NCBI GenBank assembly: GCA_963774265.1
Contig: CAVZDU010000005.1
Location: 480,001 to 544,000, forward strand
DNA: 64,000 nucleotides
Source of the DNA: an uncultured Chloroflexia bacterium
GTDB lineage: Bacteria > Chloroflexota > Anaerolineae > CG2-30-64-16
Direction of reading: 5' to 3'
A program made the position numbers and the translations under genes. Positions 34,719-45,395 of this stretch are shown here, in pieces. Each line of letters begins with the position of its first letter. The first letter of the stretch is position 1. The notes beneath the pieces are model-generated. The model was not told the origin of the DNA. It saw only the letters and a list, made by a program, of their open reading frames with translations, and searched no databases.

Positions 34719-35937
34719 ATGATGCCTATGACACCTTTTCTCCAGTTGGTCTTTTCTTTGATCGTCATCATCATGGCCGCCAAGGCCGGCGGCTGGTTGG
34801 CAGTGCGCTTGCGCCAACCAGCCGTCCTGGGTGAGTTGCTGGTTGGCGTCCTGCTCGGCCCCAGCCTGCTCGATCTGCTGCACTGGCCGCTCCTTGCGAA
34901 TGTGGTCGAGCCACACCTGCTGACCGAGATGATCTACCACCTGGCCGAGTTGGGGGTCATCTGTCTGATGTTTCTGGCCGGCCTGGAGGTGGATGTGCGG
35001 GAGATGCGCCGGACGGGGCGCGTGGCGACGCTGGCAGGTGTCAGCGGGGTGATCTTCCCACTGGTGCTGGGGGCGCTGGTGATGCTGCCGTTCGGCTATC
35101 ACGGCCAAGCCGCCCTCTTTGTGGGAATGATCCTGACCGCCACCAGCGTCAGCATCAGCGCGCAGACGCTGCTCGAGCTGGGCGTGCTGCGCAGCCGAGA
35201 GGGGATCGCGCTGTTGGGCGCCGCGGTGGTCGACGACGTCCTGGTGATCTTGCTGCTTTCGGTTTTCGTCGCCCTCGCAGCCTCCGGCTCTGGGGTTGGC
35301 GCCATCGTGCTGGTTGTCGTACGCATGCTGCTCTACCTGGGATTAGCGACTGCGGCCGCGCTTTCTGTTGCTGCCGCAACTGGCCAATTGGGCCGATGAC
35401 CAGTCGATCAGCGAAGGATTGGCCGCGATGGTCCTGGTGGTGATCCTCGTCTTTGCCTGGACGGCCGAGGTGGGCGGGGGGCTGGCAGCAATCACCGGCG
35501 CCTTCATTGCTGGCGTGGGTTTCGGCCGCAGCCGCCTGCACGCTGCAATAGGACGCTCCATACATACGATCGCCTACGCGTTCCTGGTGCCGATCTTCTT
35601 TGTGAGCATCGGACTCAAAACCAACGCGCGGCTGTTGACCGGGCCAGATCTCCTGCTAGTGTTCGTGCTGGTGCTTGTCGCCGTAGTGTCCAAAGTGCTG
35701 GGCGGCGGCCTGGGCGCGCGCCTGGGCGGTTTCAACAACCGTGGGTCTTTGCGCGTGGGTGTCGGAATGATCAGCCGCGGAGAGGTAGGGCTCATCGTCG
35801 CCAGTGTCGGCGTGAATGCCGGCCTGATCAAGACCGGGCTGTTCTCGGTTGTCACGATTATCGTGTTGCTCACGACACTCATTACGCCGCCGCTCTTGCG
35901 GCAGGTCTTTACGAATAAGGAGACGACTCATGCCTAG
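34719..35937 (+). CDS. cation:proton antiporter CPA2/NapA-like (frameshift ~35370)
   Basis: ATSVSIS, AAVVDDVL, PIFFVSIG, GMISRGEVG. Confidence 0.88.
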
Positions 35938-36299
35938 CCTGATCGTTGCGATATTGCCGAACATAGATCGCTGCCACGATGTGCTTCAAGCCTGGGATCG
36001 CCTGGGCGTCACCGGCATCACGATCGTCGAAAGCGCAGGACTGCACAAACTGAAGCAGGTGCGCGGGCGGTCGCGATGACATGCCACTCATGCCGTCACT
36101 GCGCCACCTCTTGGAGGCCGAGGAATACCATCACCGGACAGCCTTCGTGGTGGTGGGAGACGACTTCGACTTGCAGGGGCTGTTGCGGGCCACCGAACAG
36201 GCGGTGGGCGGCGACTTCAACGCGCCGGACAGTGGACTGCTCTTCGTGGTGCCCATTGCGCAGGTTTTTGGTTTGCGCCCACATTGGACGCAGGGGTGA
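35930..36299 (+). CDS. P-II-like small regulatory protein (frameshift ~36070)
   Basis: GVTGITIVESAG, PDSGLLFVVP, VFGL; overlaps the antiporter stop codon. Confidence 0.65.
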
Positions 36300-36348
36300 G
36301 GCCGAAACCGGCGGCGATCTCATGCCTCTGCACTGACCGGGAGAAAGC

Positions 36349-36380
36349 CGGGCCGGCGACATAGGTTGTCACCGGCCTTT
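36349..36380. terminator. hairpin between convergent genes
   Basis: GGCCGGCGACA-TAGGT-TGTCACCGGCC-TTT. Confidence 0.5.
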
Positions 36381-36403
36381 CGATCGTGGTGTACGCCGAC
36401 GGG

Positions 36404-37582
36404 TTATGGCGCCGGGATGATCAGCTTCTGCCCGGGTCGTATCATTTGCGGCCTGGCAATCACCTGGAAGGTGCTGTCAGTGGCTGCGCGAGCGTTGGTA
36501 GCCTCGAAGATCTGCCGCCATCGCTCGCCGCTGCCGTAGAAGCGCTGTGCGAGCCCGTAGAGCGAATCGCCTTTTTGGACGATGTACTCCTGCTCTCCGG
36601 CGCTCCCCGCGGTCGGAGCCGGGGTGGGCGCTGCAGTAGCTGCCGCGATCGGCGCCGCAGCAGCCGCTGCCAGCGGCGCGAGCGCTGGCACCTCGAGCTG
36701 CAGCCAGGGATCATTCTGCGGTCCGGCCGCGACCCAACCGACCACGTCCGCGCCGTTATCGAGGCGGTACCAGTCGTAGCCGCCCGCACGGGTCGGACCT
36801 TCGAGCACGGTTACGAGCGTATTCATGCGCAGGGTGCCAACCTGTTTGGCCTCGGTGCTCGCCGATTCACGCACATTCAAACCGCCAGTCACCATCACAC
36901 GCGCCTGGCGCTCGCCTTGCGCAGCAGTTGACGCGGTTGCGGGCGCCGCGGTCGGCGCCTCAGTAGCCGCTGCCACCGGCTGAGCAGTGGGTTCAGCCGC
37001 TGGAGCTTCAGTCGGCATCGCCGTCGGCGCTGTGGTTGGCGCCTGCGTGGGTGCTGCCGTCGGGGCCTCGGTCGGCGCGGCGGACGGCGCCTCAGTCGAC
37101 AGGGTCGTCGGCTGGAGGGCCGGTGCGGTTGTGGCCGCGGCGGCCATCGCGCTGGCTGAAGCCGAGAGGTCCGGCACGATCAGCTTGATCTGCGGCGACT
37201 GCGTTCCCGCTCCGCCCGCGTCCGTTCGGCGGGCCACCAGGTCGTATGTGCCGGCCTTGAGGCTGTCTTTCAGGCTCCCGGCGAAATCTCCTGCCAGTTG
37301 CCATCGGCCATCCGCACCGGCAGTCACTTCACCCAGAGATATGCCGTTGGCGACGAGTTGGAGCCGCGCACCGGGCGCAGCCAGGCCACTGATCGTGAAC
37401 GCGCCGCTTTTGTCGATCTGCGGCAAATCGACGACGATGTTTGTGCCTGTCGTCGGCATGCCGTAGCTCGCGCCGCCCTGCAGAAGCAGGATGAGCGCGA
37501 TGATCGCCAGGATCACGGCCACGATGGTCTTGAAGATATCGAGCGGTCGTGCTTCCGGACGGCCCGCAGTGTTGAGCGTCAT
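36404..37582 (-). CDS. membrane-anchored Ig-like + SH3b + LysM protein
   Basis: N-terminal TM, ADGRW Ig-like motif, APT linker, GLNVRE...GWV SH3b, YIVQKGDSL...IRPGQKLIIP LysM. Confidence 0.85.
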   Translation of the reverse strand: MTLNTAGRPEARPLDIFKTIVAVILAIIALILLLQGGASYGMPTTGTNIVVDLPQIDKSGAFTISGLAAPGARLQLVANGISLGEVTAGADGRWQLAGDFAGSLKDSLKAGTYDLVARRTDAGGAGTQSPQIKLIVPDLSASASAMAAAATTAPALQPTTLSTEAPSAAPTEAPTAAPTQAPTTAPTAMPTEAPAAEPTAQPVAAATEAPTAAPATASTAAQGERQARVMVTGGLNVRESASTEAKQVGTLRMNTLVTVLEGPTRAGGYDWYRLDNGADVVGWVAAGPQNDPWLQLEVPALAPLAAAAAAPIAAATAAPTPAPTAGSAGEQEYIVQKGDSLYGLAQRFYGSGERWRQIFEATNARAATDSTFQVIARPQMIRPGQKLIIPAP

Positions 37583-37612
37583 CTGCTGTACCTCTCCTTC
37601 ACCTTTATCCGC

Positions 37613-38473
37613 TCACCGGCCGCCCTTAAGCTGGTCTTGCAGGGCCTTCAAGCCATCCCAGTCGCCGCTAGCGGCCAGGAGTGCCTGCTGGGCCCACGAG
37701 CCCGGATCGGCCACACGGAAGCGCGGCCCTGCATCGGCCAGGATGCGCTGGAGGGTGACCAGGGGCGTCCCGGCCAGCTCTGCGAAAGTGCGGATGCCCT
37801 GCTCGTCCAGTAAACGGGCGATGGCGGGGCCGATTCCCTCGATGAGTTTCAGATCGTCAGGCAGCAATGACCGCACCGAGGCGCCGAGGCCGGCAACCCC
37901 AAGATCGACGTCCGGCAGCTCGAGCTGGCCGGTGCGCTCACTCGGGTAGGTCACTTCGGGTGCTTCCAGGTCGGGCGCTGCAACTGCACGTGCCTCGAAC
38001 GAGGGCGCCTCGAACGAGGGCGCCTCGATGTGTGGAGCGCTCAGGCGGGCGTTCAATTCAGCAATGCGTGTGTATGCCGCGTCCAGCTCGCTTTTCAGGA
38101 CAGGCAGTTGGGCGTCCAGATCGGCGCTGCGTGCGTTCGCTACGTCAAGCTCGCCGCGCAGATCAGGCAGTTGTGCGTCCAGCTCAGCGATACGTGCATG
38201 CGCTACGTCAAGCTCGCCGCGCAGGCCAGGAAGCTGAACATCCAACTCGGCGATGCGTGCGCGAGCCGCGGTCAACTCACTCCGCAGCTGGCTGGTTTCC
38301 GGGCCAACTGCCCGGAGCCGCGCCGTCTCGTTTTTCGCGTTCGCCAACTCTTCGCGCAGCCGCGCCTCATCCTCTTGGCACTTCTGCCACCGACGTCGCC
38401 AGTAGAAAATGTCGATGAGCCATTCGACAAGCCAGCCAACCAGTGCGCCTACGACAAAGCTAAACCAGTGCAT
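37613..38473 (-). CDS. membrane-anchored coiled-coil protein with C-terminal helix-hairpin-helix (DUF4332-like)
   Basis: N-terminal TM, 21-aa repeats, DDLKLIEGIGP...GIRTFAELA...SWAQQA. Confidence 0.8.
   Translation of the reverse strand: MHWFSFVVGALVGWLVEWLIDIFYWRRRWQKCQEDEARLREELANAKNETARLRAVGPETSQLRSELTAARARIAELDVQLPGLRGELDVAHARIAELDAQLPDLRGELDVANARSADLDAQLPVLKSELDAAYTRIAELNARLSAPHIEAPSFEAPSFEARAVAAPDLEAPEVTYPSERTGQLELPDVDLGVAGLGASVRSLLPDDLKLIEGIGPAIARLLDEQGIRTFAELAGTPLVTLQRILADAGPRFRVADPGSWAQQALLAASGDWDGLKALQDQLKGGR
38052..38290. repeat. ~4 x 63-bp in-frame tandem repeat
   Basis: units at ~38052, 38115, 38178, 38241 encoding LRGELDVAxARIAELDAQLP variants. Confidence 0.85.
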
Positions 38474-38576
38474 TGTTTGCTCCTCTAAGTCATGAAACGA
38501 TACGCGACGCGGACGCGCCGCAATGAATTGGATTGTACACCCACTGGGTTACGGGCAAGATAACAGGCGGAACCCG

Positions 38577-39836
38577 TAGGGCAATCGCATCTTAATTGCC
38601 CTGGCCGAAGAGCACTTTGAGCAGGTACGGCTCGTCCCAGCCGGCTTTGAGGCGTTTGGCCTTGATGCCGGCCTTGACAGTCTTTTCCTGTTTGAGCAGG
38701 TTGAGGGCAATGTGCCGGAGGACAGCGAAGTTGGCCGGGCCGTTGTCCTTGCGCACCCGCTGGTGATCTTCATCGAAGGCGATGTCGAGCACCCAGTGCA
38801 GCGAGTTTTCGATGCCCCAATGGCTGCGCACCGCTTTGAGCATGCGCCGGGCATCGCCGTCCAGGCTGGAGATGAAGTAACGGGTCTTCGATCGTCGTCT
38901 CGCCCGTTCATGCGGCGCTCGGCGACGACCTTGACGATGGTGCGCAGGTTGCGCCACCCGGCCCGGTTGCGCAGGTAGCTGACCAGACTGCGCATCGGAG
39001 ATGGTCCAACACTGGCGGATTTCCAGGCGGCCATGCTCCTTGTCCGTGGTCTTGTGGTAATCGTGCGGCACGTCCTTGAAGTTCACTTCTTGGGCGGCAT
39101 CAAACAGCGCTTGGATGTCTTCGTAGAGATGGCCCTGGTTCTCCTTGACCGCCAGCACGTAGTCGGCGTCCTGCTCGACAATCGCCTGGGCGATCTCGGT
39201 TTGGCAGCCGATGGCGTCGATGGTCACGATGCAGCCGGCAATTTCCAGCACTTGCAGCAGCTTGGGGATGGCCGTGATCTCGTTGGATTTGTCGTCCACC
39301 TTGACCTGACCCAGCACCAAATGATTGGCCGTGGCCCAGGCACTGACCATGTCGATGCCCGCCTTGCCCAGCAGCCGGTTGCAGGAGCCGCGCAGCACCT
39401 TACCATCAATCGCAATGACTTGGCCGCAGGTCACCTCGCTCACGGCCTGAATCCATGCCAGAAAACACTGCTGGAACTGCTCGGGATTCAGCCGAGCAAA
39501 CACCCGCCCAAAGGTGTCGTGCGAAGGGATGCCGTTGGGCAGTTCAAGGAACGTCCGTCAGCCACGCCAGCTTGGCGTTCCCGAACAGTTCCACCTCGAC
39601 CCAATCATCGGCACCACAGATGATGGCGCAGATCGCAATGACGAGGATGTCGAGCAGCTGATGCAGCTTCGTCCGGTCGATCCGGGGATCTTCCAGGCTC
39701 GCAAAGTGCTCGCTGATCGAAGCGGTAGGCTCGTTGTTCATGGCTACCCTCCTGACAACTCAAGGATAGCCCATTTCGCCTGCCGCGTCTACCATCCAAG
39801 CAAACAATATGACATTTATTAGATGCGTACGCCCTT
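38577..39836 (-). mobile_element. ISAs1 family insertion sequence
   Basis: TIRs AGGGCaatCGCATCT / AGGGCgtaCGCATCT; 10-bp TSD GCGGAACCCG at 38567-38576 and 39837-39846. Confidence 0.92.
38592..39741 (-). CDS. ISAs1 transposase (frameshifted)
   Basis: [55 protein letters not shown]. Confidence 0.92.
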
Positions 39837-39855
39837 GCGGAACCCGGATTTTTGT

Positions 39856-39884
39856 TTGACACTCCCCCCCGCCGCGGGTATAAT
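39856..39884 (+). promoter_or_regulatory. consensus sigma70 promoter of dnaG-rpoD
   Basis: TTGACA-17 bp-TATAAT. Confidence 0.8.
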
Positions 39885-39912
39885 TCTTTTCACCTTTCGG
39901 CCAGGCTGACGG

Positions 39913-41883
39913 ATGACTGTTATCGACGAGATCAAGGACCGCCTGGACATCATCGACGTGGTGTCCACTTACGTGCAGCTTAAGAAGGCGGGCCGCACCT
40001 ATAAGGGGCTGTGCCCGTTCCATAACGAGAAAACACCCTCGTTCGTGGTGTTCCCCGACAGCCAGAACTGGCACTGCTTCGGCGCCTGCGGGACGGGCGG
40101 TGATATCTTCTCGTTCGTGATGAAGCGCGAGAATCTCGATTTCGGCGATGCCCTGGCGATCCTGGCCGCCAGGGCGGGCGTTGAGCTGAAGCCGCAATCA
40201 GACCAGGCTGCGGGGGAGGATAGCCGGCTCGAGCGGCTGCGGGCCATTCAGACGGACGCGGCGGTCTACTTCCATCACCTCCTCAGCAAGTCGGAAGAAG
40301 GGGTCATCGCCCGGGAGTACCTGGAACGCCGCGGCCTGGCGCGCGAGACTTGGGAAACCTGGCAGCTTGGTTACTCGTTGGATAGTTGGGACGCCCTGAA
40401 AAACCGGTTGCAGGGCAAAGGTTATCGCCCCGAGGAACTTGAAGAGGCCGGTCTGGTCATCCGTAAGGAGGAGACCAGCAGTTATTTCGACCGGTTCCGC
40501 GGCCGGTTGATGATCCCGATCCGCGATGGGCAGGGGCGAACGATAGGCTTTGGGGCGCGTGTCCTGCGTGAGGACCCGGCCCACCCGAGCCCGAAGTACA
40601 TGAACTCGCCGCAAACACCGCTCTTTGACAAAGGAAGCGTCCTTTTTGGCCTGGATATGGCCCGCAGGGCGATCCGCGACGCTAACCTCGCAGTGATCGT
40701 CGAGGGATACATGGACGTGCTGATGTCACACCAGGTGGGCGTCGCGCACGTGGTCGCCGGTATGGGCACAGCGCTGACTGAAGCGCAGATGCGGCTGCTC
40801 AAACGGTACACGGCCAACATTACGCTGGCACTGGACCCGGACGTGGCAGGTGAACATGCGGCAGTTCGCGGTTTGGAGGCTGCCCGGTCGTCGCTGGAGC
40901 GTGACTGGGAGCCGGTTTTCAGTCCGACTGGGCTGGTGCGTCACGAAAGCCGGCTGAAGGCGCAGTTACGCATCGCAGCGTTGCCCGACGGGCTGGACCC
41001 GGATGAGTTGGCTTACCGCGATGTGGAACGCTGGCGGCAGGTGATCGACAATGCCAAACCGATCGTGGACTACTACCTGGCGCTGGTGACGCGCGAAGAA
41101 GATCTGACGACCGGATCTGGCAAGGCGAAGGCTATCGAGCGACTGGCGCCCTTGATCCTGGAAATCGCCAACCCGATTGAGCGCACGCACTACATCCAGG
41201 CGCTGGCGCGGGCAATCCAGATCGATGAGCGCCTGGTAGCCGATCAGATTCCGCGTGGCGGGCGGCTGGAAGAGCGCCGCGTGCAGGCGAGCGCAGAAGA
41301 GTCGGCGCGGCGCCGCAGTCCGACGGGCAGTGGTCGGAAGCGGGTCGAGGCGCCCCCTGTTTTTGGCCCGGAAGAGTATATTTTGGGTTGGCTGTTCCTG
41401 CGACCCGAGTTGTTGGGAGGGCTGGACGAGGAGATGATCGGCCAGCAAGCGCCGCCGCTGGGCCTGGATGATCTGAGCAGCGCGATGAACCAGGCGCTGC
41501 TGGCGGCCCTGCTGGCGCAAATGCCGGTCCCGCCGGACATGGCGCTCGAGGAGCGACTGATTGAGTTGGCCGAACCGCTCCATGCGCGGGCGCAGGCTGC
41601 CATTGCGGAGGTACGGTTGCGGCCACCGTTGACCGATGAAAAGCTGATCAAGGACCTGGGTGACTCGTTGCTGCGCACCCGAGAGCGCAATTTGAAGCGT
41701 CAGGTGCAGCAACTCGAATTCCTGATTCGCGACACCACCACGGCCGACGACCGGGAGGAGATACGGCGGCTGCGGGAGTTGATGATGACCTACACGGCGC
41801 AAAAGCGCTACATCCAGAAGTTGCTCAACATGCGCTCCATTGCTGGAGTATTGGCTCAGCGCAAACCGCTTGCCGAGAACTGA
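39913..41883 (+). CDS. dnaG: DNA primase
   Basis: CPFHNEKTPSF zinc finger, KYMNSPQT, VEGYMD, DPD TOPRIM motifs. Confidence 0.96.
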   Translation: MTVIDEIKDRLDIIDVVSTYVQLKKAGRTYKGLCPFHNEKTPSFVVFPDSQNWHCFGACGTGGDIFSFVMKRENLDFGDALAILAARAGVELKPQSDQAAGEDSRLERLRAIQTDAAVYFHHLLSKSEEGVIAREYLERRGLARETWETWQLGYSLDSWDALKNRLQGKGYRPEELEEAGLVIRKEETSSYFDRFRGRLMIPIRDGQGRTIGFGARVLREDPAHPSPKYMNSPQTPLFDKGSVLFGLDMARRAIRDANLAVIVEGYMDVLMSHQVGVAHVVAGMGTALTEAQMRLLKRYTANITLALDPDVAGEHAAVRGLEAARSSLERDWEPVFSPTGLVRHESRLKAQLRIAALPDGLDPDELAYRDVERWRQVIDNAKPIVDYYLALVTREEDLTTGSGKAKAIERLAPLILEIANPIERTHYIQALARAIQIDERLVADQIPRGGRLEERRVQASAEESARRRSPTGSGRKRVEAPPVFGPEEYILGWLFLRPELLGGLDEEMIGQQAPPLGLDDLSSAMNQALLAALLAQMPVPPDMALEERLIELAEPLHARAQAAIAEVRLRPPLTDEKLIKDLGDSLLRTRERNLKRQVQQLEFLIRDTTTADDREEIRRLRELMMTYTAQKRYIQKLLNMRSIAGVLAQRKPLAEN

Positions 41884-41899
41884 GCCCAAAGGGGAAGTA

Positions 41900-43280
<1,381 letters not shown>

Positions 43281-43342
43281 GGAGCGCACCCCCCCGTCAT
43301 TTTGACGGAGCAGCCCTTATCGGTATAATGGGGAAGTCACGA

Positions 43343-43415
43343 TCCTCGATAGCTCAATTGGCAGAGCAAGCGGCTGTTAACCGCAAGGTTGGAGGTTCGA
43401 GTCCTCCTCGAGGAG
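43343..43415 (+). tRNA. tRNA-Asn(GTT)
   Basis: acceptor TCCTCGA/TCGAGGA, D arm GCTC/GAGC, anticodon loop CTGTTAA, T arm GGAGG-TTCGAGT-CCTCC; TTGACG-16-TATAAT upstream. Confidence 0.95.
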
Positions 43416-43491
43416 CTAAGCCTCAATGCCCGATGTGGATCGGTTAGGTTGTTAAGGTGCGTGCCCCGTAACTCGACAACAAGAGGCTTGG

Positions 43492-43520
43492 AAACGGGCG
43501 CCCGGCCAGGCGCTCGTTTT
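43492..43520 (+). terminator. probable intrinsic terminator after tRNA
   Basis: AAACGGGCGCC...GGCGCTCGTTTT. Confidence 0.5.
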
Positions 43521-43613
43521 GCATTTAACGGGCTGGAATGGTCTGGCGGAGCGGATCGTAGCGCTGTATTGCGGTGGGCAGTCGGCGCCGCCCTTGCGGA
43601 CGCGGCTCGGGGC

Positions 43614-43705
43614 TCAACGTCAGGTGCAGGGTGTGATGGCGTCCGACTGTGGCGACATTAATGTCGCCATGATACCGTAGAGCGCGGTGAGCGTGGAGTC
43701 GTATT
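43614..43705. repeat. 92-bp direct repeat copy A with perfect 20-bp palindrome
   Basis: TGATGGCGTCCGACTG-TGGCGACATTAATGTCGCCA-TGATA; matches 44694-44785. Confidence 0.85.
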
Positions 43706-43727
43706 CGGAGGGCATCTTGGGGCAACA

Positions 43728-44675
43728 TTATCTCGCTTTCGACCTGGAATACTCGACCAGGGTATCGTAAGTGATGATGCTGATTCCGCCAGAGCCCATT
43801 GCTGCACTCCGATTGCTTTCGGATAAATAATATAGTTGCTCCGTCGTCAAGTATTTTCTTCTTCCGACTACCAGTACTCCCTGTAAAAAACCACGAGAGT
43901 ACGCTGGGCCAAAGAACCCCCCCAGACCTTGTAGCGTATGCAAAGGGATCCTGAAAGTGTCCAGCATAACTGCCCGTCTGCAATACGAATCATAGTTGTT
44001 CTTTACGAAATCGATGTAGCTCATGACAACTTTCTCACCCTCGTCAAGCTCGGGGCTTTTGGTAGTGCCCTCCAGGAATACGCTGTCCTTTGGGTTGAGA
44101 AAATCGATGAAGATGATGTAGTTCGGAATCTGTGAAGCCTGGGGCTGAAAAATGAACCTGGTGAAATCTGGTGCGAGGCCTTCACTCACTGGAAAGTCCA
44201 GCACATCTTCAATTATTGGGTCGCCTGCAAGATATTGAGGTACTCCGTTCAGAACCGTCTTGTGGTTATTGATTGACGCTTTGATCGTGCTGATATCCGC
44301 GGTCCCTATAGCCCTGATGAACTCAGCCCACGCGATCGCTTCCTCTCGCGCGGTGGGTGGCACAGTTGGTGTGCGCGGAGGTTCCGATTCTGGTTGCCCA
44401 GTCTCCTTCCACTGCCGGAATTCCTCGCGCAGGTCGGCCAGGTCCCGACTTGCCGGGGCCTGCCTGGAGGCAAGCTCCAACAACGCCTCGACCTTACCCT
44501 GCCGCTCAGCCTCTTCCAGGATGCGCTGCCAGAATTCGATCGGGGCGCCGGAAAGATCGATCTGCGCCAGACTCAGGCCGATATCTTGCGCGAAAAGCTC
44601 GGCGCGAGCGCGTTGGGGATAGCACTTGGCCAGGGCCACGCGCATCCGGCGAAAGAGGTCATGGCGGTCGGTCAT
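43728..44675 (-). CDS. EAD1 domain fused to Shedu/DUF4263-like domain
   Basis: N-terminal LAKCYP...IGL...IDLSGAPIEFWQRILEEAERQGKVEALL (EAD1-like); C-terminal PDF...LVVGRR...IITYDTL (Shedu-like). Confidence 0.7.
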   Translation of the reverse strand: MTDRHDLFRRMRVALAKCYPQRARAELFAQDIGLSLAQIDLSGAPIEFWQRILEEAERQGKVEALLELASRQAPASRDLADLREEFRQWKETGQPESEPPRTPTVPPTAREEAIAWAEFIRAIGTADISTIKASINNHKTVLNGVPQYLAGDPIIEDVLDFPVSEGLAPDFTRFIFQPQASQIPNYIIFIDFLNPKDSVFLEGTTKSPELDEGEKVVMSYIDFVKNNYDSYCRRAVMLDTFRIPLHTLQGLGGFFGPAYSRGFLQGVLVVGRRKYLTTEQLYYLSESNRSAAMGSGGISIITYDTLVEYSRSKAR

Positions 44676-44693
44676 GGGCGGAGATCCTTGGAT

Positions 44694-44785
44694 TCAACGT
44701 CACGTGCGAGGCATGATGGCGTCCGACTGCGGCGACGTTAATGTCGCCATGATAGCACGGAGCGGGATGACCGCAAAGTCGTATT
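44694..44785. repeat. 92-bp direct repeat copy B (promoter/operator-like, upstream of EAD1 gene)
   Basis: matches 43614-43705; minus strand TTGCGG-16-(TG)TATCAT then the palindrome. Confidence 0.85.
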
Positions 44786-44923
44786 GTGGGATGTCGCGGC
44801 TTCGTTGCGCCTCTGAGAGCGGGATATCCATATCCGGGCCTTCTGCGTATACTTCGTAGAAACGCTTATGTGCGACCTCGTTTTGAGCCCCGCCAGGGGT
44901 CGGGGCAGCACAGGAGAGGTAGT

Positions 44924-45160
44924 ATGGATCTACTCAACGGGCTGCGTCTGCTGCGGCAGGGTGAATGGGACCGGGCGCACAAGATCGCCCAGGAAGACGA
45001 CACGACCCTTGGATCCTGGCTGCATGGTGTCGTGCACATGGCAGAGCCCGACGAGGGCAACTCGCGCTACTGGTACCGGCAGGCGGGCCGGCCGTTTCCG
45101 GGCATGAGAGCCCTGGCGGCCGAGATGGACGCGCTGGAGCAGGTGCTTGCCGCCGCGTAG
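44924..45160 (+). CDS. small conserved hypothetical protein
   Basis: SD AGGAG; WDRAHKIAQ...WLHGVVH...NSRYWYRQAG. Confidence 0.7.
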   Translation: MDLLNGLRLLRQGEWDRAHKIAQEDDTTLGSWLHGVVHMAEPDEGNSRYWYRQAGRPFPGMRALAAEMDALEQVLAAA

Positions 45161-45191
45161 TGGCGGTTGCGGGTGACCGGAGGCCGTGTCA

Positions 45192-45395
45192 ATGGCGCAG
45201 GGTCGTCAGGACGCGCCGGCGGCCGTGCAGGCGCGGGCGGTGGAGTTGTATGGCGGCGGGCAGTCGGCGCCGGCCATCGCGCGAGAATTGAGGGTGGGCG
45301 AGAACGGGGTGTACGAGCTGCTGCACGAGCGCGGGCTGGTGCGGCCCAGGAGCGAGGCGATGCAGCTGGTCGGGAGGCGACGGCGATGGCGTTAG
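45192..45395 (+). CDS. small helix-turn-helix protein
   Basis: ELYGGGQSAPAIARELRVG...LLHERGLVRPRSEA. Confidence 0.55.
   Translation: MAQGRQDAPAAVQARAVELYGGGQSAPAIARELRVGENGVYELLHERGLVRPRSEAMQLVGRRRRWR

Noticed and set aside
43614-44785. Integron attC sites
   Set aside because: No RYYYAAC/GTTRRRY ends or attC-type extended hairpin, and no IntI; retained only as generic direct repeats.
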